A DNA stretch of 64,000 bases, taken from assembly GCA_024280475.1 (NCBI GenBank), contig JAJRQA010000035.1, forward strand, positions 5,414-69,413, in the 5' to 3' direction. Of the stretch, positions 62,110-64,000 are shown piece by piece. Position numbers and translations under genes: made by a program. Within the stretch, counting starts at the first letter, position 1, and each line of letters begins with the position of its first letter. The notes under the pieces are model-generated. The model worked only from the letters and a program-made list of their open reading frames with translations. It searched no databases and was not told the DNA's origin. The DNA comes from Alphaproteobacteria bacterium. GTDB taxonomy: Bacteria > Pseudomonadota > Alphaproteobacteria > Rhizobiales > JAKIUO01.

Positions 62110-63123
62110 CTAACAAGCCGATTTAATCAAATAGAAATGCCGCAACGCAACGGCGAAAGCAATAAAGGCCAGCGCCTGATGAGCAAGAGCCAGCGAAAAT
62201 GGCACCACCAGCAAAAGCACGGCAATACCGAGCGCGACCTGAAACAACAGGGAAAGCAACACCATAACCGCCGAAGACTTGATAATGCCATCACTTTTAC
62301 GGATCACCAGAAATCCGTGCACAAGGGCCACCAGCACAATGACATAGGCGAGCATGCGATGATTAAACTGCACGGTCAGTACATTTTCAAACAGATTGAC
62401 GATCATCGGATCAAGCAGCCACAGACCCTCAGGAATAAAATCGCCGTCCATGAGGGGCCATGTATTGTGTGACAGTCCCGCATGCAGCCCCGCCACCAGT
62501 GCTCCCAGCCCAATCTGCGCAAGCAATAGCACCACCAACGCTCCGGCCATAATGACATCGCGCCTTTCAAGGGGCAGCACCAGCTGGAAATTGCGCGCAG
62601 GTGTCATATCAAGCGCCACCCACAAAATGAACCCGAAAATCAATCCCGCCATCAACAGGTGAATGGCCAAACGGTACTGGGAGACATCAATCCGATCGAC
62701 CAACCCGCTTTTCACCATATACCAGCCTAAAAATCCCTGTAATCCACCAAGTAGCAACATGATGATGAGCTTGGGCTGTAAATGTTTGGGGATCGCACCC
62801 ATCAGCGAAAAGATGATCCAGGGAAGTACTAAGGCGATCCCAATCAGCCGACCCAGCGCCCGATGTGACCATTCCCACCAGAAAATGCGCTTGAATTGGT
62901 CAAGGCTCATATCGGCATTTACCTGCGCATATTCGGGAATTTGCTGATATTTCTGGAATACGCTCTGCCAATCCAGATCGCTTAAAGGGGGGATCATACC
63001 AATCAGGGGACGCCATTCTGTGATGGATAGACCGCTATCAGTCAGCCTTGTGGCACCGCCCAGCAAGACCATGGCAAAAACCATCAGGCACAGAATATAT
63101 AGCCATATCTGAACGCCGCGCAT
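62110..63123 (-). CDS. ctaA: Heme A synthase (COX15/CtaA)
   Basis: GGATRLTDSGLSITEW, FWWEWSHR, GWYMVKSGL, YRLAIHL, QFNHR, ALAHQ. Confidence 0.95.
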   Translation of the reverse strand: MRGVQIWLYILCLMVFAMVLLGGATRLTDSGLSITEWRPLIGMIPPLSDLDWQSVFQKYQQIPEYAQVNADMSLDQFKRIFWWEWSHRALGRLIGIALVLPWIIFSLMGAIPKHLQPKLIIMLLLGGLQGFLGWYMVKSGLVDRIDVSQYRLAIHLLMAGLIFGFILWVALDMTPARNFQLVLPLERRDVIMAGALVVLLLAQIGLGALVAGLHAGLSHNTWPLMDGDFIPEGLWLLDPMIVNLFENVLTVQFNHRMLAYVIVLVALVHGFLVIRKSDGIIKSSAVMVLLSLLFQVALGIAVLLLVVPFSLALAHQALAFIAFAVALRHFYLIKSAC

Positions 63124-63208
63124 TTTACTTCATCCCCTTGCCATGCTCTATTTTCACGTTTTAAAAGCAAGAGCACGAAAGGGGCGATCTGTCAAAATAA
63201 AGCGCGGG

Positions 63209-64000
63209 CTATACTGGCTTGGCAGCAAAAATCATCTGCGGTTTCTGGGCGCTATTTTTTGTACCGTTTTCAAGTGGCTCGGCGGGTGTATGAGTGTTTA
63301 ATTGCTCATCCTCATCGCGCGCTTGAACGCTACCCTTATTGCCAAAGATCATGGCGACAAGCCCCAGAATAAGGGCTGCCAGCATACCAAGCAGAGTGAT
63401 CGGTTTCTTTTTGGGAAAGACCGGCATGTTGCTGACGATCGCTGGAGAGATCACGATCGCCTTGGCAGGTAGCTTTAGACTTGGCTGATCATTCTTGGTA
63501 CGGGTATCTGCTTGTGCTTTTACCGTCATGAGCTTGCGCCTGTTATCGGTAAGCAATCCGTTGATCATCGCGACTTGCGCAATACGGGGATCAATAGCGA
63601 TTGGCTGCGTGCTCTGAACCTCTTGCGGTCTTGAAATCTGCCCGCCACTACCTTCGCTTGCAGATGTTTGTTTCTGTTCTTGCAGGCTCGATTTGATACT
63701 GTCTTCACGTGCAGAGGCGATCAACACTTCATTTTCCAGATTGGCGACCGCTTTTTTCGTTTCGTCTTTGATTAGAAAACCAAGAGCTACCAATTCGCGG
63801 TTAAGGCGGCGCATTTGCGGATGCGAAGGTAAAAGATTAACCGTCAGCTCGCTGCGTTTTTGCTCCATGCGTGTCCGTTTGAGCAATAAAGTCTGTACAA
63901 CACCTGAATTCAAGACGGTGCTAGTGCTCTCGATACGGCCTTCGTCTACAAGCATGTCGCGGACCAGCTTGGCACGCAATTCTGCCTGTCTGCGATCTGC
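63209..64000 (-). CDS. GumC/Wzc/ExoP-like polysaccharide co-polymerase, C-terminal part (runs off window end)
   Basis: LLPSHPQM, coiled coil, VISPA...PVFPKKK followed by a TM; no kinase domain after the TM. Confidence 0.7.
   Translation of the reverse strand, partial: ADRRQAELRAKLVRDMLVDEGRIESTSTVLNSGVVQTLLLKRTRMEQKRSELTVNLLPSHPQMRRLNRELVALGFLIKDETKKAVANLENEVLIASAREDSIKSSLQEQKQTSASEGSGGQISRPQEVQSTQPIAIDPRIAQVAMINGLLTDNRRKLMTVKAQADTRTKNDQPSLKLPAKAIVISPAIVSNMPVFPKKKPITLLGMLAALILGLVAMIFGNKGSVQARDEDEQLNTHTPAEPLENGTKNSAQKPQMIFAAKPV

Overview
Core-chromosome window from an alphaproteobacterium, most likely Hyphomicrobiales/Rhizobiales. This is inferred from ccrM, a PleC/DivJ-type kinase, TIGR02281 proteases and the alaC-hom-glpX-recJ, cspD-DUF192-tRNA-Pro-ETC subunit and rplM-rpsI-argC gene orders. 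It holds about 55 CDS, mostly housekeeping (katG partial, infC, efp, pssA/psd, ATM1-type ABC, fmt, ccrM, mrp, recJ, glpX, hom, argC, rpsI/rplM, heme A synthase), and two tRNAs (Pro-TGG, Glu-TTC). No prophage, transposase or CRISPR array was seen. The best candidate for an undescribed system is a co-oriented trio at 34157-41530: a divergent class A PBP-like enzyme, a 1261-aa multi-TM coiled-coil protein and a possible degenerate PLD-fold protein. Other points of interest are: a sulfur-trafficking locus (FadL-type channel, tusA, an unannotated decayed dsrE2 remnant, DUF442 sulfurtransferase); a GlpX that has lost metal ligands; an RND permease split by one in-frame TAA; a candidate C-rich-loop sRNA; an Irr/ICE box before katG; an ATC start codon for infC; a 340-bp TIR-bounded element with an internal 120-bp tandem duplication; and several REP families. 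All calls come from reading motifs by eye; no database searches were run.
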